A DNA stretch of 63,432 bases, filler included, from Octopus bimaculoides (taxonomy: Eukaryota), in the NCBI RefSeq assembly GCF_001194135.2. It is 8 parts of 8 records of this genome, joined end to end, with 100 filler letters (N's around TTAATTAATTAA, not from the genome) between each part and the next. Parts side by side here need not be neighbours in the genome. Positions count along the whole stretch, not along the records: positions 36,861 to 53,377 come from NC_068981.1; positions 53,478 to 56,775 come from NC_069003.1; 6 more parts are not named here. One strand, given 5' to 3'. Within the stretch, counting starts at the first letter, position 1; each line of letters begins with the position of its first letter. Shown piece after piece: positions 40,571 through 54,145 of this stretch. The notes under the pieces were generated by a model. That model was not told the DNA's origin and did not search any database. It was given only the letters and a program-made list of their open reading frames with translations. The position numbers and the translations under genes are program-made.

Positions 40571-41906
40571 ATATATAGCTTTCTCATAGTTAAGTTGGTG
40601 ATAACAGAATGTAGTTTATCAAGAAATTCTAATTACTTTAAGCCACACCCGTGATGAGGAGAAATAAACCATTAGTTAGTTTAATAATCTGTTCTGGTCA
40701 ACAGGCACGTTTCTTATTTGATAGTCTCAGCAAAGTTGACGTTGTAGGAGGGACGAACAAAATTCTTTCTGATAAAAGCATTACAGTTCGACACGACCAC
40801 CAACAGCACCTTACCATCACCGCAACCTCTCCTCCTCCTCCTCCTCCTACTACTACTACTACTACTACTATACGAAGTCATTTACAGTTCTGTGTATTTT
40901 GACAGTAAAAAGGGCCCTTTCATTGTGTGTATGAAACGCTAATTTANNNNNNNNNNNNNNNNNNNNNNNNNNNNNNNNNNNNNNNNNNNNNNNNNNNNNN
41001 NNNNNNNNNNNNNNNNNNNNNNNNNNNNNNNNNNNNNNNNNNNNNNNNNNNNNNNNNNNNNNNNNNNNNNNNNNNNNNNNNNNNNNNNNNNNNNNNNNNN
41101 NNNNNNNNNNNNNNNNNNNNNNNNNNNNNNNNNNNNNNNNNNNNNNNNNNNNNNNNNNNNNNNNNNNNNNNNNNNNNNNNNNNNNNNNNNNNNNNNNNNN
41201 NNNNNNNNNNNNNNNNNNNNNNNNNNNNNNNNNNNNNNNNNNNNNNNNNNNNNNNNNNNNNNNNNNNNNNNNNNNNNNNNNNNNNNNNNNNNNNNNNNNN
41301 NNNNNNNNNNNNNNNNNNNNNNNNNNNNNNNNNNNNNNNNNNNNNNNNNNNNNNNNNNNNNNNNNNNNNNNNNNNNNNNNNNNNNNNNNNNNNNNNNNNN
41401 NNNNNNNNNNNNNNNNNNNNNNNNNNNNNNNNNNNNNNNNNNNNNNNNNNNNNNNNNNNNNNNNNNNNNNNNNNNNNNNNNNNNNNNNNNNNNNNNNNNN
41501 NNNNNNNNNNNNNNNNNNNNNNNNNNNNNNNNNNNNNNNNNNNNNNNNNNNNNNNNNNNNNNNNNNNNNNNNNNNNNNNNNNNNNNNNNNNNNNNNNNNN
41601 NNNNNNNNNNNNNNNNNNNNNNNNNNNNNNNNNNNNNNNNNNNNNNNNNNNNNNNNNNNNNNNNNNNNNNNNNNNNNNNNNNNNNNNNNNNNNNNNNNNN
41701 NNNNNNNNNNNNNNNNNNNNNNNNNNNNNNNNNNNNNNNNNNNNNNNNNNNNNNNNNNNNNNNNNNACAAGCGCAAATACGCGTGCACGCATGCAAACTC
41801 GCACGCAGTGTCACCTACCTTTTCCTCACAAATCCGGCCATCTTTCCCCCCTTCCATTTTATTGTCACTCTCAATACATCCTTCTCTCTTCCTTTCTTTG
41901 ATATGG

Positions 41907-41967
<61 letters not shown>

Positions 41968-42327
41968 TCTCTCTAACATACACATCTACAGACATAGTCA
42001 TACACACACACATACACTGGCGACGTCAATCTTTTCCTTATATCTTACGTCTTTGTTACCAGTCAATCATTTTCCTTTACCTTTCTACCTCTATCCGTAA
42101 CGGTTCCTCCTTTACTGTCGTCTGCATCGTAACATCTGTTCTCAACCAAATCATCTTTATTCTTTTTCCTTTATCACTCTTCATATCATTTATCTCGCAA
42201 AAAATTTACCCCCATCAAATATTTCCTAATCATCTTCTCTTCAGTCTTTCTTACTTACCTTTCGTTTCAAATACCAATTCTCCATTTAATTCCCTTCTTT
42301 CTTCATTATTAGTATCCATCATCTCTT

Positions 42328-43555
42328 AAGGTGGCGAGTTGACAGAATTGTGCCCGCACTGTCAAAATGCTTACCGGTATTTCTTCCGGCTCTTTACATT
42401 CTGAGTTCAAATTCCGCCCAGGTTGACTTTGACGTTTATCCTTTCGGAGTCAATAATAATCCTTTCTACTATAGACACAAGGCCTGAAACTTGGGGAGAG
42501 GGGCCAGTCGATTAGATTGACCCCAGTATGCAACTGGTACTTAATTTATCGACCGCGAAAGGATGAAAGTAAAGTCGACCTCAGCAGAATTTGAACTCAG
42601 AACGTAAAAACAGACGAAATACCTATTTCTTTACTGCCCACAAGGGGCTACACACAGAGGGTACAAACAAGGACAGGCAAACAGATTAAGTCGATTATAT
42701 CGACCCCAGTGCGTAACTGGTACTTAATTTATCGACCCCGAAAGGATGAAAGGCAAAGTCGACCTCGGCGGAATTTGAACTCAGAACGTAACGGAAGACG
42801 AAATACCGCTAAGCATTTCCNNNNNNNNNNNNNNNNNNNNNNNNNNNNNNNNNNNNNNNNNNNNNNNNNNNNNNNNNNNNNNNNNNNNNNNNNNNNNNGT
42901 ACTTAATTTATCGACCCCGAAAGGATGAAAGGCAAAGTCGACCTCGGCGGAATTTGAACTCAGAACGCAGTGGCAGACGAAATACCTATTTCGTTACTGC
43001 CCACAAGGGGCTAAACATAGAGGGAACAAACAAGAACAGACGAACGGATTAAGTCGATTACATCGACCACAGTGCGTAAGTGGTACTTAATTTATCGACC
43101 CCGAAAGGATGAAAGGCAAAGTCGACCTCGGCGGAATTTGAACTCAGAACGTAACGGAAGACGAAATACCGCTAAGCATTTCCCCCGGCGTGCTAACGAT
43201 TTTGCCAGTTCGCTTCTTTTCGGGGTCAATAATAATAAATACCAGTTGAACATTAGAGCTCATGTAATTGACTCAGTCCCTTCCCGCCCAAACCGCGGGC
43301 CTTGTGCTAAATTTTGAAACCAATATCATTCCTACCTCTATGGCAGTGAGCTGGCAGAATCGTTACCGCGCCGGACAAAACGTTTAACGGCATTTTTCTC
43401 GACTCTACGCTCTGAGTTCAAATGTCGTCAGGATCGACTTCGCCTTTCATCTTTTCAGGGTCGATAAAATAAGTACCAGTTGAACACTGGACTCAGTGTA
43501 ATTGTCTTATCCCATCCTCCCAAATTGCTGGCCTTGTGCCAAAATTTGAAATCGA
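42328..43555. mobile_element. SINE family B cluster: + copy (42328-42455), multimeric - copy (42460-43215), + copy (43341-43555)
   Basis: Repeated GAGTTCAAATTCCGCCGAGGTCGACTTTGCCTTTCATCC core in both orientations. Confidence 0.85.
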
Positions 43556-43639
43556 TGTTATCCCCCACTTCTTCCCCCTTCTCTCTTTGTTTCCAACCAA
43601 CAAACTTTAGACGGAGACAAAAGTTCTTATTCTTTTCCT

Positions 43640-43866
43640 TTGATAAATCACCATCACCATCATCATTATCATCATCATCACATTTCACCATCATCATCAT
43701 CATCATCATCACCACTAATCATCATCATAGTAAGGATAAATAGTTAAGGACCAAAAGGACCCGGCTAAGGTCTTTGATGTTTATCTCAGTATGTGAATGG
43801 TGCTTTTGTTTTTGTTTCTCACTCTCTTCTTGTCCTCGTACTTTTCTTTCATCATTATTATCGACG

Positions 43867-43917
<51 letters not shown>

Positions 43918-44380
43918 CCATTATCATCATCATCATCACCATCATCATCATCGTCGTCGTCGTCGCCTTCTTCTTCTTCTTCTTCTTCTTCTTCTTCTTC
44001 TTCTTCTTCTTCTTCTTCTTCTGTTGATAATGCTACCGTTGCTGTTTTCTCGTTCTCGTCCTCTTCCATCGCGCCCTCTTTTCAACACCACNNNNNNNNN
44101 NNNNNNNNNNNNNNNNNNNNNNNNNNNNNNNNNNNNNNNNNNNNNNNNNNNNNNNNNNNNNNNNNNNNNNNNNNNNNNNNNNNNNNNNNNNNNNNNNNNN
44201 NNNNNNNNNNNNCACCGTACACACGCATACAGACACACGCATGCATCTTCTAATTTCCACGTGTTGTATTCATTCACCGTTCAGGGCTGAAAAGCAGAGC
44301 CGTGCTACAATTAGTTGCCAGTCAGCCGGCTCCGGCTAAAAGTGAATGTTCTTACAATTACAAGGAAATGGAATCATCAT

Positions 44381-44425
<45 letters not shown>

Positions 44426-44655
44426 CATTAACATCATCATTACCGTCTTTATCATCATCATTGTCATCATCATTGTCATCGTCATCATCACTATCGTCAT
44501 CGTTTTCTTCTTCTTCTTCTTCTTCTTCTTCTTCTTCTTCTTCTTCTTTTTCTCCTTATTTTCCTCCTCCTCCTTCTTCTTCTCCCTCTTCCTCCTCCTC
44601 CTCCTACTCCCCCTTCCTCTAATTCTTCTCCTCTTCCTCTTCCTCTCCTTCTTGT

Positions 44656-44750
<95 letters not shown>

Positions 44751-44861
44751 CATTATTACTATTTATTTATATATTTCCCCCTCCTCGTTGCTCTTGTGGT
44801 TAATAAAAGAAATTCTTCTTCTTTTCCTCCTCCTCCCTTTCCTCTTCTTCTGCTTCTTCTT

Positions 44862-44930
<69 letters not shown>

Positions 44931-45609
44931 NNNNNNNNNNTTCTCTTCCTTGTTCTCCCTTTTCTTCAGTTACTATTTCTCTTTTTTTTTTTTTTTTTCG
45001 TTTTCGTTGCTCTAAGAAATTTCCATTTCGTACAAGTCAGCTTCCATTCTTCTAAGATATCCTTTCATTCTCCTCGTCTCCTTCTTTCCCTTTTTCCATG
45101 TTGTTAAGCCACATTCATTCCCTTAATGTGTACAAGGAAGAGGAAGATGTTTTCATTTCGCTCGCAGAAGCAACAACAGAAAGCATTTTGTACGAATGAC
45201 AAGTCCACTACGTACGTATGTATGTATGTATGTATGTATGTATGTATGTATGTATGTATGTATGTATGTATGTATGCATGTATGTGTGTGTATTTATATA
45301 TATATATATATATATATACGTATACGTATATTGATATAAATACATACATTCAAATAATATATATATANNNNNNNNNNNNNNNNNNNNNNNNNNNNNNNNN
45401 NNNNNNNNNNNNNNNNNNNNNNNNNNNNNNNNNNNNNNNNNNNNNNNNNNNNNNNNNNNNNNNNNNNNNNNNNNNNNNNNNNNNNNNNNNNNNNNNNNNN
45501 NNNNNNNNNNNNNNNNNNNNNNNNNNNNNTATACATACATACACATATACATATACATATACATAATCATATATATATATATGTGTATTTATATGAATAC
45601 ATACATTCA

Positions 45610-45654
<45 letters not shown>

Positions 45655-45876
45655 CTGTACGTGTTAGTTGGAGAACGTCCAGGTAAATCTGAGCACTTTT
45701 AATATTCTGTCTGTTGTTCTCATCTGTTCCGTTCTGTAAATGTAAAGCTACTTTTCGCTACCAAAAATGATGTTGATGAAGACGACGACGACGACGACGA
45801 CGACGACGAAGAAGAAGAAGAAGAAGAAGAAGAAGAAGAAGAAGAAGAAGAAGAAGAAGAAGAAGAAGAAGAAGAA

Positions 45877-45911
<35 letters not shown>

Positions 45912-46050
45912 CGATGACGATGATGGTGATGATGATGACGATGACGATGATGATGATGATGATGATGATGTCATATCGAATCGGCCCAAGACGATGATGA
46001 TGCCAATGCCAAACGGACGACGGCGATCACGACTACGACGACGACAGCAA
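43640..46050. repeat. Dense compound microsatellite block: (CAT)n, (TTC)n, (CAG)n, (TAA)n, (TATG)n, (GAA)n, (GAT)n
   Basis: Direct reading. Confidence 0.9.
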
Positions 46051-46621
46051 CGACGCTGATAATGTTGAACCGATAAAATCTTACTTCACGAATTTGTAAA
46101 TGCTTTTAATAATTTCAATTACTCGTAGATGCATTTATAAAGAAAAACGAAAAACTGAGTGAATATCTTACTTAATGTCTAATGTGCATTCGCTGAATCC
46201 TGCTAAAAGATTTTCGGACTTTGACATGAGGTCATCTATATTAATGGACAAAGGACACAAAGATTTTATTCATTTATTTGCTTCTCTATCTATTTATTTT
46301 CCTGTTTATTTAATACATTTTCGTGATGTGCCCTGTTCGTGAAATTAGACGAACCCACGCTTGTGAATTTAGACGAAGCTGAGGCGACTGAGATTATTTA
46401 GGGTGTATTCATTACGTTTTATTTTTGGACACTTCTTCTTTTTCACCTGTCCAGCGTATATCAATTACACGTTTCATGTTACACACTCATACACACACGC
46501 ACACACACACACACATATTTATATCATCTTACGAGACGAGAGAAACCACTGTGATCTTTTGAATTGCTAAACTGAACAGTCAAGTTCTCTTTCAAATCAT
46601 TCATTACCACATTTAAAATTG

Positions 46622-46702
<81 letters not shown>

Positions 46703-47311
46703 AAGAGTGAAATAATGAATGGCTGACTGTGTAAGAAAGACAGGAGGTTACGAAACAGAATAGTGTGTGTGCGTGAGTTTGAAATAAATGAAAAGGTAAA
46801 CTAGATGAACACATTAGACAGTGTAGTCCTTGATATGCAATGATATCAGTTCGGATGGGCTCAGTTTGAATGCTTTTGCTCATATCTAAGATCGATGAAA
46901 CTTGACCTTGCTCAAACGACGACGGCGACAGCGACAACAAAGACCAAAAGTTCTCGTTCAAACTACTCATTACTGTCTTTAAAATGAAATTTAAAAATGT
47001 AAATATGAACTGGTTGAATACATTAGACAGTGTAGTCCTTGGTATACTGTGGTATCAAGCCGGGTGGTCACGGCTGGAATGCTTTTTGATCATACTTCAT
47101 TTCGATGAAGCTATTTGGTTAAGAAATTCACTTCACAGCAGAGTTTTCAGATTCAACCCTCCCGGTACCCCTCATTTATATGCTACAATAACCTCGGATC
47201 GACCAAACGTTGTAAAATTTGATAGAATTAAATTCTGCGCAAGCTCGTTAAACACACATACAGAAAGAAAACCGTTGGAAAACAGTTTATAGCAGAGACT
47301 CTAGCTAAGAA

Positions 47312-47347
47312 GATCTGAAGAAGGAATTGTAATTCCGAAATATCATC
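47312..47347 (+). ncRNA. Minimal hammerhead ribozyme motif, PLE-type
   Basis: GAT-CTGAAGA-A-GGAAT(TGTA)ATTCC-GAAA-TATC^-ATC: perfect stem II, palindromic ATAT stem III, AUC triplet, 3-bp stem I. Confidence 0.55.
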
Positions 47348-47479
47348 GGACTATAGATAACCAAATTACAACAGGTATATAGTCCATTTTTTGTTCTATA
47401 GTGCATTGTTGTACCATTCTAAACTTTTTATTCTTTACAAACAATACACAATGCTTCAAGCGAACTATAATACTCTCCA

Positions 47480-47527
<48 letters not shown>

Positions 47528-48076
47528 GGGGCCCTGGAATATGTAACACACTGCCTAAATACCAGTCTTGAGAAATTAGGCTTCTCAAAACCAGAAAGAA
47601 GAAAGCTAATTCGAAGACAACAGATCCATTCCATCATTGGAATTGTAAAAATCTGTAAAACTTTCGAGAAGTTTATCATTTAAATATATATGAGCATGTC
47701 TACATATGCAACTATATGCAACTATATGCATGAGAATACATACATAAATCATACAAATCTGCACATACATACATACATATATACATACATACATACAAAA
47801 ATACATACATACATATATACCCTGCTGTTGATGTTGAAATTCCAAAGAAGAAGTCTTGGAACTAGGTTAGAAACCGGTTCTTTCTCTATTGGCAAGAAAT
47901 CCTAAAATAAACTCAATAATGACATACATACATATATACATATACATATGTGTGTGTGTGTTTGTGTGTATGTATTTATATATATGTATGTATATATGTT
48001 TTAAAATTAATGTGTGTATGTATGTATGTATGTATGTATTATGTATGTATGTGTGCGTGCGTGTGTGTCTTTTGTT

Positions 48077-48679
48077 TTTACTTGTTTCATTTATTGGCCT
48101 GCGACCATACTGAGGCATCGCCTTGAAGGATTTTAGTCGAACAAATCAACCCCAGTACTTAATTTTTTAAATTACATATTCTATTGATCTCTCTTGCTGA
48201 GATAAGTTACTGTGGCGTAAACAAACCAACACCGGTTGGCCAGCGTCAGGAGTGGAGGACAAACACACGCAAATCAACATATACACATACGCAGACTCAT
48301 GCACAAACAACGGGACAATGGACTTCAATACAGTTTCGGTCTACCAGATTCACTCACATGGCCTTGGTCGGCGCGGGGCTGGTGTGGCTGCGAAGTGAGC
48401 TTTTTAACCATGCAAGCGCAAGCGCGCACAGTCACACGCATGCGCGCATTTACATTAATAGTGTCACCCGTATTTTCGTTACTGGCAATTTCCCAAACGC
48501 TATATATATATATACATATAAATATATACGACGGGCTTCTTTTCAATTTCCGTCTACCAAATCCACTCACAAGGCTTTGGTTGGCCCGAATAGAAGACAC
48601 TTGCCCAAGGTGCCTCGCAGTGGGACTGAACCCGGAACCATGTGGCTGGGAGCAAGCTACTTACCACACAGCCACTCCT
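48077..48679 (-). mobile_element. SINE family A, composite/nested copy
   Basis: Head at 48530-48679 plus a second partial module and 3' module. Confidence 0.75.
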
Positions 48680-50838
48680 ATATATATATTGCCGTGAAGT
48701 CAAATAGAACGCATGTTGGCAACATCGCCTGCGAAACCGATAAATTTTATCTACCGCATCTGAAAGACCTTATGTAGAGTGTCATTCTTAGGTTAGATAC
48801 ACATGCCTTGATTTATACGTTCTGTGGAATTTTGAGTTGTTGTTTTCTTTACTAGCATATCATTGCCGCAAACAAACCTATTTGGCAACTTACCAATTAA
48901 GCTTTGCACTTAGTAACTGTAACTAATTAAGTCTGTGTTAGACGCCATTATCATCGAAGTTAACTGAGTAATTGATGTAAAAATGTGGTGTAACATTCGA
49001 CATTTTCTAGTATTTTAAGATTCTATTAACCTACTTCCTAGTTATTTCAAGCAATATTGAATAACCGATATTTCATCAAGAAATACATTTTAATTGTCAG
49101 TTTCCCGCTAAAATAATTCTATATAATGATTTTTAACTTAGGTGCACAGCTACAAGTTTTGTCTTTGGCATTTCTTCCATTTCTTTTCTTTTTATTTTTT
49201 GTGAAATGTTTATCATCGACTTAAACACATATCCACTTCCAGCACTTGACTGGGATTCGGAAGTAAGTGCGTGGCCGCTCTAACGGTCAGAAATGGTAGC
49301 CTATCATAACATATCCCTACTGTCTTAGAAGTAGAATACATTATATAATGTATTCCTAGTTATTCTATATCTGAAAAAAGGTTGGAATGGCTTTGACTAT
49401 TGGTTTATGCGATCAGACTGTACCAGGGGCTACACAGCAACAAAAACTGCAGTGGTATCTCGACTAGAGCAAGAGATTATAGAGGATTACTAGTTAATAT
49501 TACTTTAGAATTGTTAACAGTGGACAGTTATTATAGAAAAGCAAGCTCAATAAAAATGACCTATGTATTGAACCACAAGCACAAAGGCTTTACATTCAAA
49601 CCCAGTATAGATGATTTTGGAAAAAAAAAAAAGAAGAAACCTTAATGGGCCGAGCTATGAGAAATAGATATCAGATCCTTGTTAAAGTGTTACCCAAGAA
49701 ACACGTCATCCTGCTCTGGTAAATATTTATCGCAGATTAAGTTTTAAGGGACATATTTAGATTTACACACATGTAGAATTCAAGATGATTTGCTGAGTAA
49801 AAACCATACATAATAAATTGGATAGATGTAAAAGTAGTTTTGCAACATGCAGCCTTTCGAAATAGCCAAAATAAAGCTGAATGCTAGAATGGATTTGAAA
49901 AAGATAAAAAGCATTCTTTGGCCTAGTCATTTTTATTCAAATACAGTGCATCGGGGAACACAATACATACATACATACATACATACATATACACACACGC
50001 GTATATACTTACACGCGTATATACTTACACGCATATATACTTACACTCACACACGTATATTGGTTGGTTATTTCTCCAGTCGCACAGAGAGAAGGGGAGA
50101 AAAAGAGTAAAAAAGAGATACTGAGAGAGTTAGCGTAAGTGGCGTTGGGTGAGCATATTAGGCTTGATAACAGGTAATGAGTTAAGGAGTAAGAACGAAT
50201 CATAGAAATGGAAGAAGAAGAGGAGGAGGAGGAGGTGGATGAGGAGGAGGATTGAATGAGTGAGCAGTTATGAGAGGAGTTATGCAAGTGAGGAATTTGT
50301 TTTCTTTACAATAACGTACATATTCATTCATTCATTCATTCATTCATTCATTCCCAATATCTTCTGGCAAAGTGGAACGTAAATGTCTGATTGCCATTGA
50401 TTTTTCGTCCATTAAAAACAACAGCGATCAGATACTCACGTTCTAATTGAGAATGAACAGGTACGTTATTGTTTGCATTCTCGCTGTTGTGCGTGCAATT
50501 CTTGAATTACTCGTCTATTCGGTAGTCATCAGCACGCATCAGCAAATATATTCTTTGCTGCTGACTTCTATAAGCAATATCGTGTATTTTGTCAGATTCA
50601 CCAGTCTGGATAGCTTTGAGTGAGGAGACACANNNNNNNNNNNNNNNNNNNNNNNNNNNNNNNNNNNNNNNNNNNNNNNNNNNNNNNNNNNNNNNGCCAG
50701 TGAATCACATTTATTATGAAAATACTTTGTCTAAAAGGTATGTTCTCCGATGGCGAGACGAAAAACAACAGCGTTCATATATTTAAGTCTCAGTTTCCTA
50801 GAACGTATTAAGAATGAAAAGACACATCGTTGTTATAT

Positions 50839-50946
<108 letters not shown>

Positions 50947-52339
50947 ATATGTATATATATATAATGTAAATAAAGAGATCTACTGAGTAATCATAATTAT
51001 TTTAAGCTTCTTTCCGTTAAAATTTCTGTTCTGTTTTGTTTGAAATTTAACTCACGCGATAGTGAAACAAAATCAAAAACAAAACCTTGCACGTTTTGTC
51101 ATTTCTTTTTGTTTCCAATCAAATATATTTTGACTTCTTGGAAATTAAGAATAGTTATGTTAATTAGCGACGAACCTTTAAACAGCTTTTGGTAATATAG
51201 CAAAATAACGCCAAGTCATTTATGACACAACATGAGCATATGTTAATTAGTGCTGTACCTAATTAGATAAAATAGCTATTGCATGTAGCAGATTTATGTT
51301 GTTTTGTTATTAAGATATCATATAGTATTTTGCTTATTTAGTTGTTGTCCAGCCACGTCTATTTAGGAATGCTGCTCTAGATCATTTTAACAAATCAATA
51401 GCTCGTATTTTCGATTGACATTTAAAATCCAAATCCAGTAGTAATTGTATTTTATTACATATATTAAGGACGTCAAGCTGGTATAAACGGAAAAGCACTG
51501 AGCTAAATATTCTTTACAATATTTGAGTTTGTCCTTCATTTATTTTCAAACTCTCTTTCTCTCTCCCTGACATTTTTCCTTTTGCTTATTCTCCTATTGT
51601 ATTTTTTTTTTCCCACTGTATTTGTAACCCAACAGCGCAAGGTTTTACTTTGCTTTCTCTGCAGAATCAACATAGGAGATTTAAATAAATGTTTCTTGTT
51701 AGTAAATTAATTATGAAGTAGTTCATTGTTTTATTTTCATTGTAGAGAGCCAGTTTTTGTTTAATCAAAAAGTGTCAGTTGTGTAGATCTACACATAATT
51801 CAGCTAAGAAGCCACCTGGCTGATCGTTGGTGCTTTAATGTAATATGGAGACAATAATAGGAGAGTGTTGCGAGGTCTCATAACGGCAAAAGAGAAACAA
51901 AGAAAAGAATGAGGTCCATAATTGTTCATAAAGATACTTAGAAACCCTGTGAAACGTTGAAAATATTAATATCGCAACATCGAAAATATTAATGTTGCAA
52001 ACTTGAAATGAAAATTCGTCTCAATATTCGCGCGCGCGCGCACACACACATGTGCATACGCGCACATAAACATACACCCACAGTCTCATTCTTTGTATAT
52101 ATCTGTGTATGTATGTGCATGTGTATATCTGCAGATTTGTGCTCAAATATATATACTCATGCTCTAACATACACAAGTCTATCTATCTATCTATCTATCT
52201 ATTTAATGACCGAAACAAATAAAAAATAAGCGGTAAATATTTTTTGTGTATGTGGAGTGTTTGTGTGTGCTGTGAGTGGGCTGGTATTTGTCATTTCGGG
52301 AATCACAGATATAGATGTTGAGTAGTTTTTTTATCACTA

Positions 52340-52640
52340 CAACCTTTCTGTCTATCATCGACGGGAATGTTGCAAGTATGACTTTTTCTACCCTTACTTC
52401 TATGGAAGGTGTTCAGACAAGTTTCATTCTATGGCTCCACCAGTCCCAGAATTTCGCATGAGATGTTGTTTTGCCAAAGCAAAGCATCTCTGTTTGTCCT
52501 CCAAAATTCACTGACATGCTGCCAATTCTATGTTTTAAGTTTTTTCCCCTAGAACAACCGAATTATGAAATAAACTCTTGTACCATAATTTTCCTGCAGG
52601 ATATAGTCTTAATCTTTGTAAATTCAGCATTGACTAATAT
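52340..52640 (+). mobile_element. 3' end of a non-LTR retrotransposon (LINE) ORF, decayed
   Basis: HRR...FFYPYFYGRCSD...MAPP...FSPRTTEL*NKL...FPAGYSLNL matches the conserved post-RT C-terminus of CR1/Jockey-type LINEs. Confidence 0.7.
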
Positions 52641-52844
52641 TTTGCCTTATATTGATGGGTTCTTTAATTTCAATATTTTTATTGGTTGTTTTATTACCAT
52701 CTCATTTTCCTTCTATTTATTAGATCTCTTAATAGCATCTTGAAAATTTTGACAAGTCCCTTAACTTCTTGGGGGTCGTTGGAGCACTGCAGCAATGTAG
52801 CGTATATAGGGCGAGAAAGTCTGGCGGAGCCCATCCCTCTCCAG

Positions 52845-53162
52845 GCCAAACTCATTTATACAGCTGAGTGGACTGAGGCAACGTGAAATGACGTGCTTTG
52901 CTCAAGAACACAGCGTATCGCCCGGTCCAGCGATCGAAATCACAATCTTACGGTTGCGTATCCAACACCCTAACCACTAAGAGACTCGCCTCCACTAATG
53001 GTATTCATTTCTACAGCTGAGTGGACAAGAGAACATGAAGTGAAGTGTTTTGCTCAAGAACACAACGCATTGCCCGGTCCAGGAATCGAAACCACAATCT
53101 TACGATCGCGAGTCCAACATCCAAACCACTAATCCACGTGCCAAACCACTAAGCCACGTGTC
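52845..53162 (-). mobile_element. Two tandem tRNA-derived SINEs, family C
   Basis: Reverse complement head CACGTGGCTTAGTGGTT...TTCGATTCCTGGACC and body GTGTTCTTGAGCAA...CCACTCAGCTG; related fragments at ~34330, ~36030 and ~38600. Confidence 0.75.
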
Positions 53163-53477
53163 ATTGGAATCCTACCATATTTTAATGTCATTTTTTCCTT
53201 TATTAGTTCATTCGTTAACTTTTCAACATAATTCATTTCAATCTTTACTCAGTTATTTTACTGAAGCCTTTTATTTCCATTTTAAGTATGCGATTTAATG
53301 GCATTAATGCCACTCTCGTCTTTCTTCTAATCCTTTCCCAAGAAGTGGCCGTCGAACTTTACTTGGGAATATTTCAGNNNNNNNNNNNNNNNNNNNNNNN
53401 NNNNNNNNNNNNNNNNNNNNNTTAATTAATTAANNNNNNNNNNNNNNNNNNNNNNNNNNNNNNNNNNNNNNNNNNNN

Positions 53478-53830
53478 AGAAGAAGAAGAAGAAGAAGAAG
53501 AACAACAAGAACAAGAGAGGAGAGAAGGAGGAGGAGCAGAAGAAGGAGGAGGAGAAGAAGAAAAAGAAGAAGAACAAGAGAGGAGAGAAGGAGGAGGAGC
53601 AGAAGAAGGAGGAGGAGAAGAAGAAAAAGAAGAAGAAGGAGAAGAACAAGAAGAAGAAGAAGAAGAAGAAGAGGAGGAAGAAGACGAAGAAGGAGAATAA
53701 GAAGAATAAGAAGAAGAACAAGAGAGAGGAGAGAAGGAGGAGGAGCAGAAGAAGAAGAAGAAGAAGAAGAAGAAGAAGAAGAAGAAGAAGAAGAAGAAGA
53801 AGAAGAAGAAGAAGAAAAAGAAGAAGAATT
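53478..53830. repeat. (GAA/GGA)n purine tract with a duplicated ~60-70 bp higher-order unit
   Basis: AACAAGAGAGGAGAGAAGGAGGAGGAGCAGAAG occurs three times. Confidence 0.85.
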
Positions 53831-53994
53831 CTTTCTGTTAAAGGCACTTGACTTAAAAATTGGGGGGAAGGGTCTAAACAATTACATTGACCCCCAGTAG
53901 TCAACGGGTACTTAGGTCATCATCGGCCTCGAAATGATGAAAGACAGAGTGGACCTCGGAGAATATAAAACAAGAGAGCAAGTTCGAGGCTCAC

Positions 53995-54145
53995 CTTTAC
54001 TGAAGTCGCTCAGATCTGGGTTAGTCTTGATGTATTCCAGCAGCGTGTCTGTTACGGGCTCCAAAAGCTTCTCGACTATGTGAACCACACCGTTCTTTGT
54101 CTGGTGATCAGCAGATTTCACTCGGACACAGTTGGCTGTCACCAC
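53995..54145 (-). CDS. TGFBI: Internal exon of TGFBI/periostin-like gene, FAS1 C-terminal H2 motif plus start of the next repeat (VVTANCVRVKSADHQTKNGVVHIVEKLLEPVTDTLLEYIKTNPDLSDFSK)
   Basis: Acceptor tttcAG|GTG, donor AAAG|GTGAGC; 151 nt, phase 0 to 1. VTxNC...D...NGVVH is the canonical TGFBI/periostin FAS1-1 C-terminus. Confidence 0.92.

Noticed and set aside
50440-50632. Unique sequence with a good minus-strand donor (C|GTGAGT at 50440/50439)
   Set aside because: All three frames hit stops upstream, there is no good acceptor and no FAS1 similarity.
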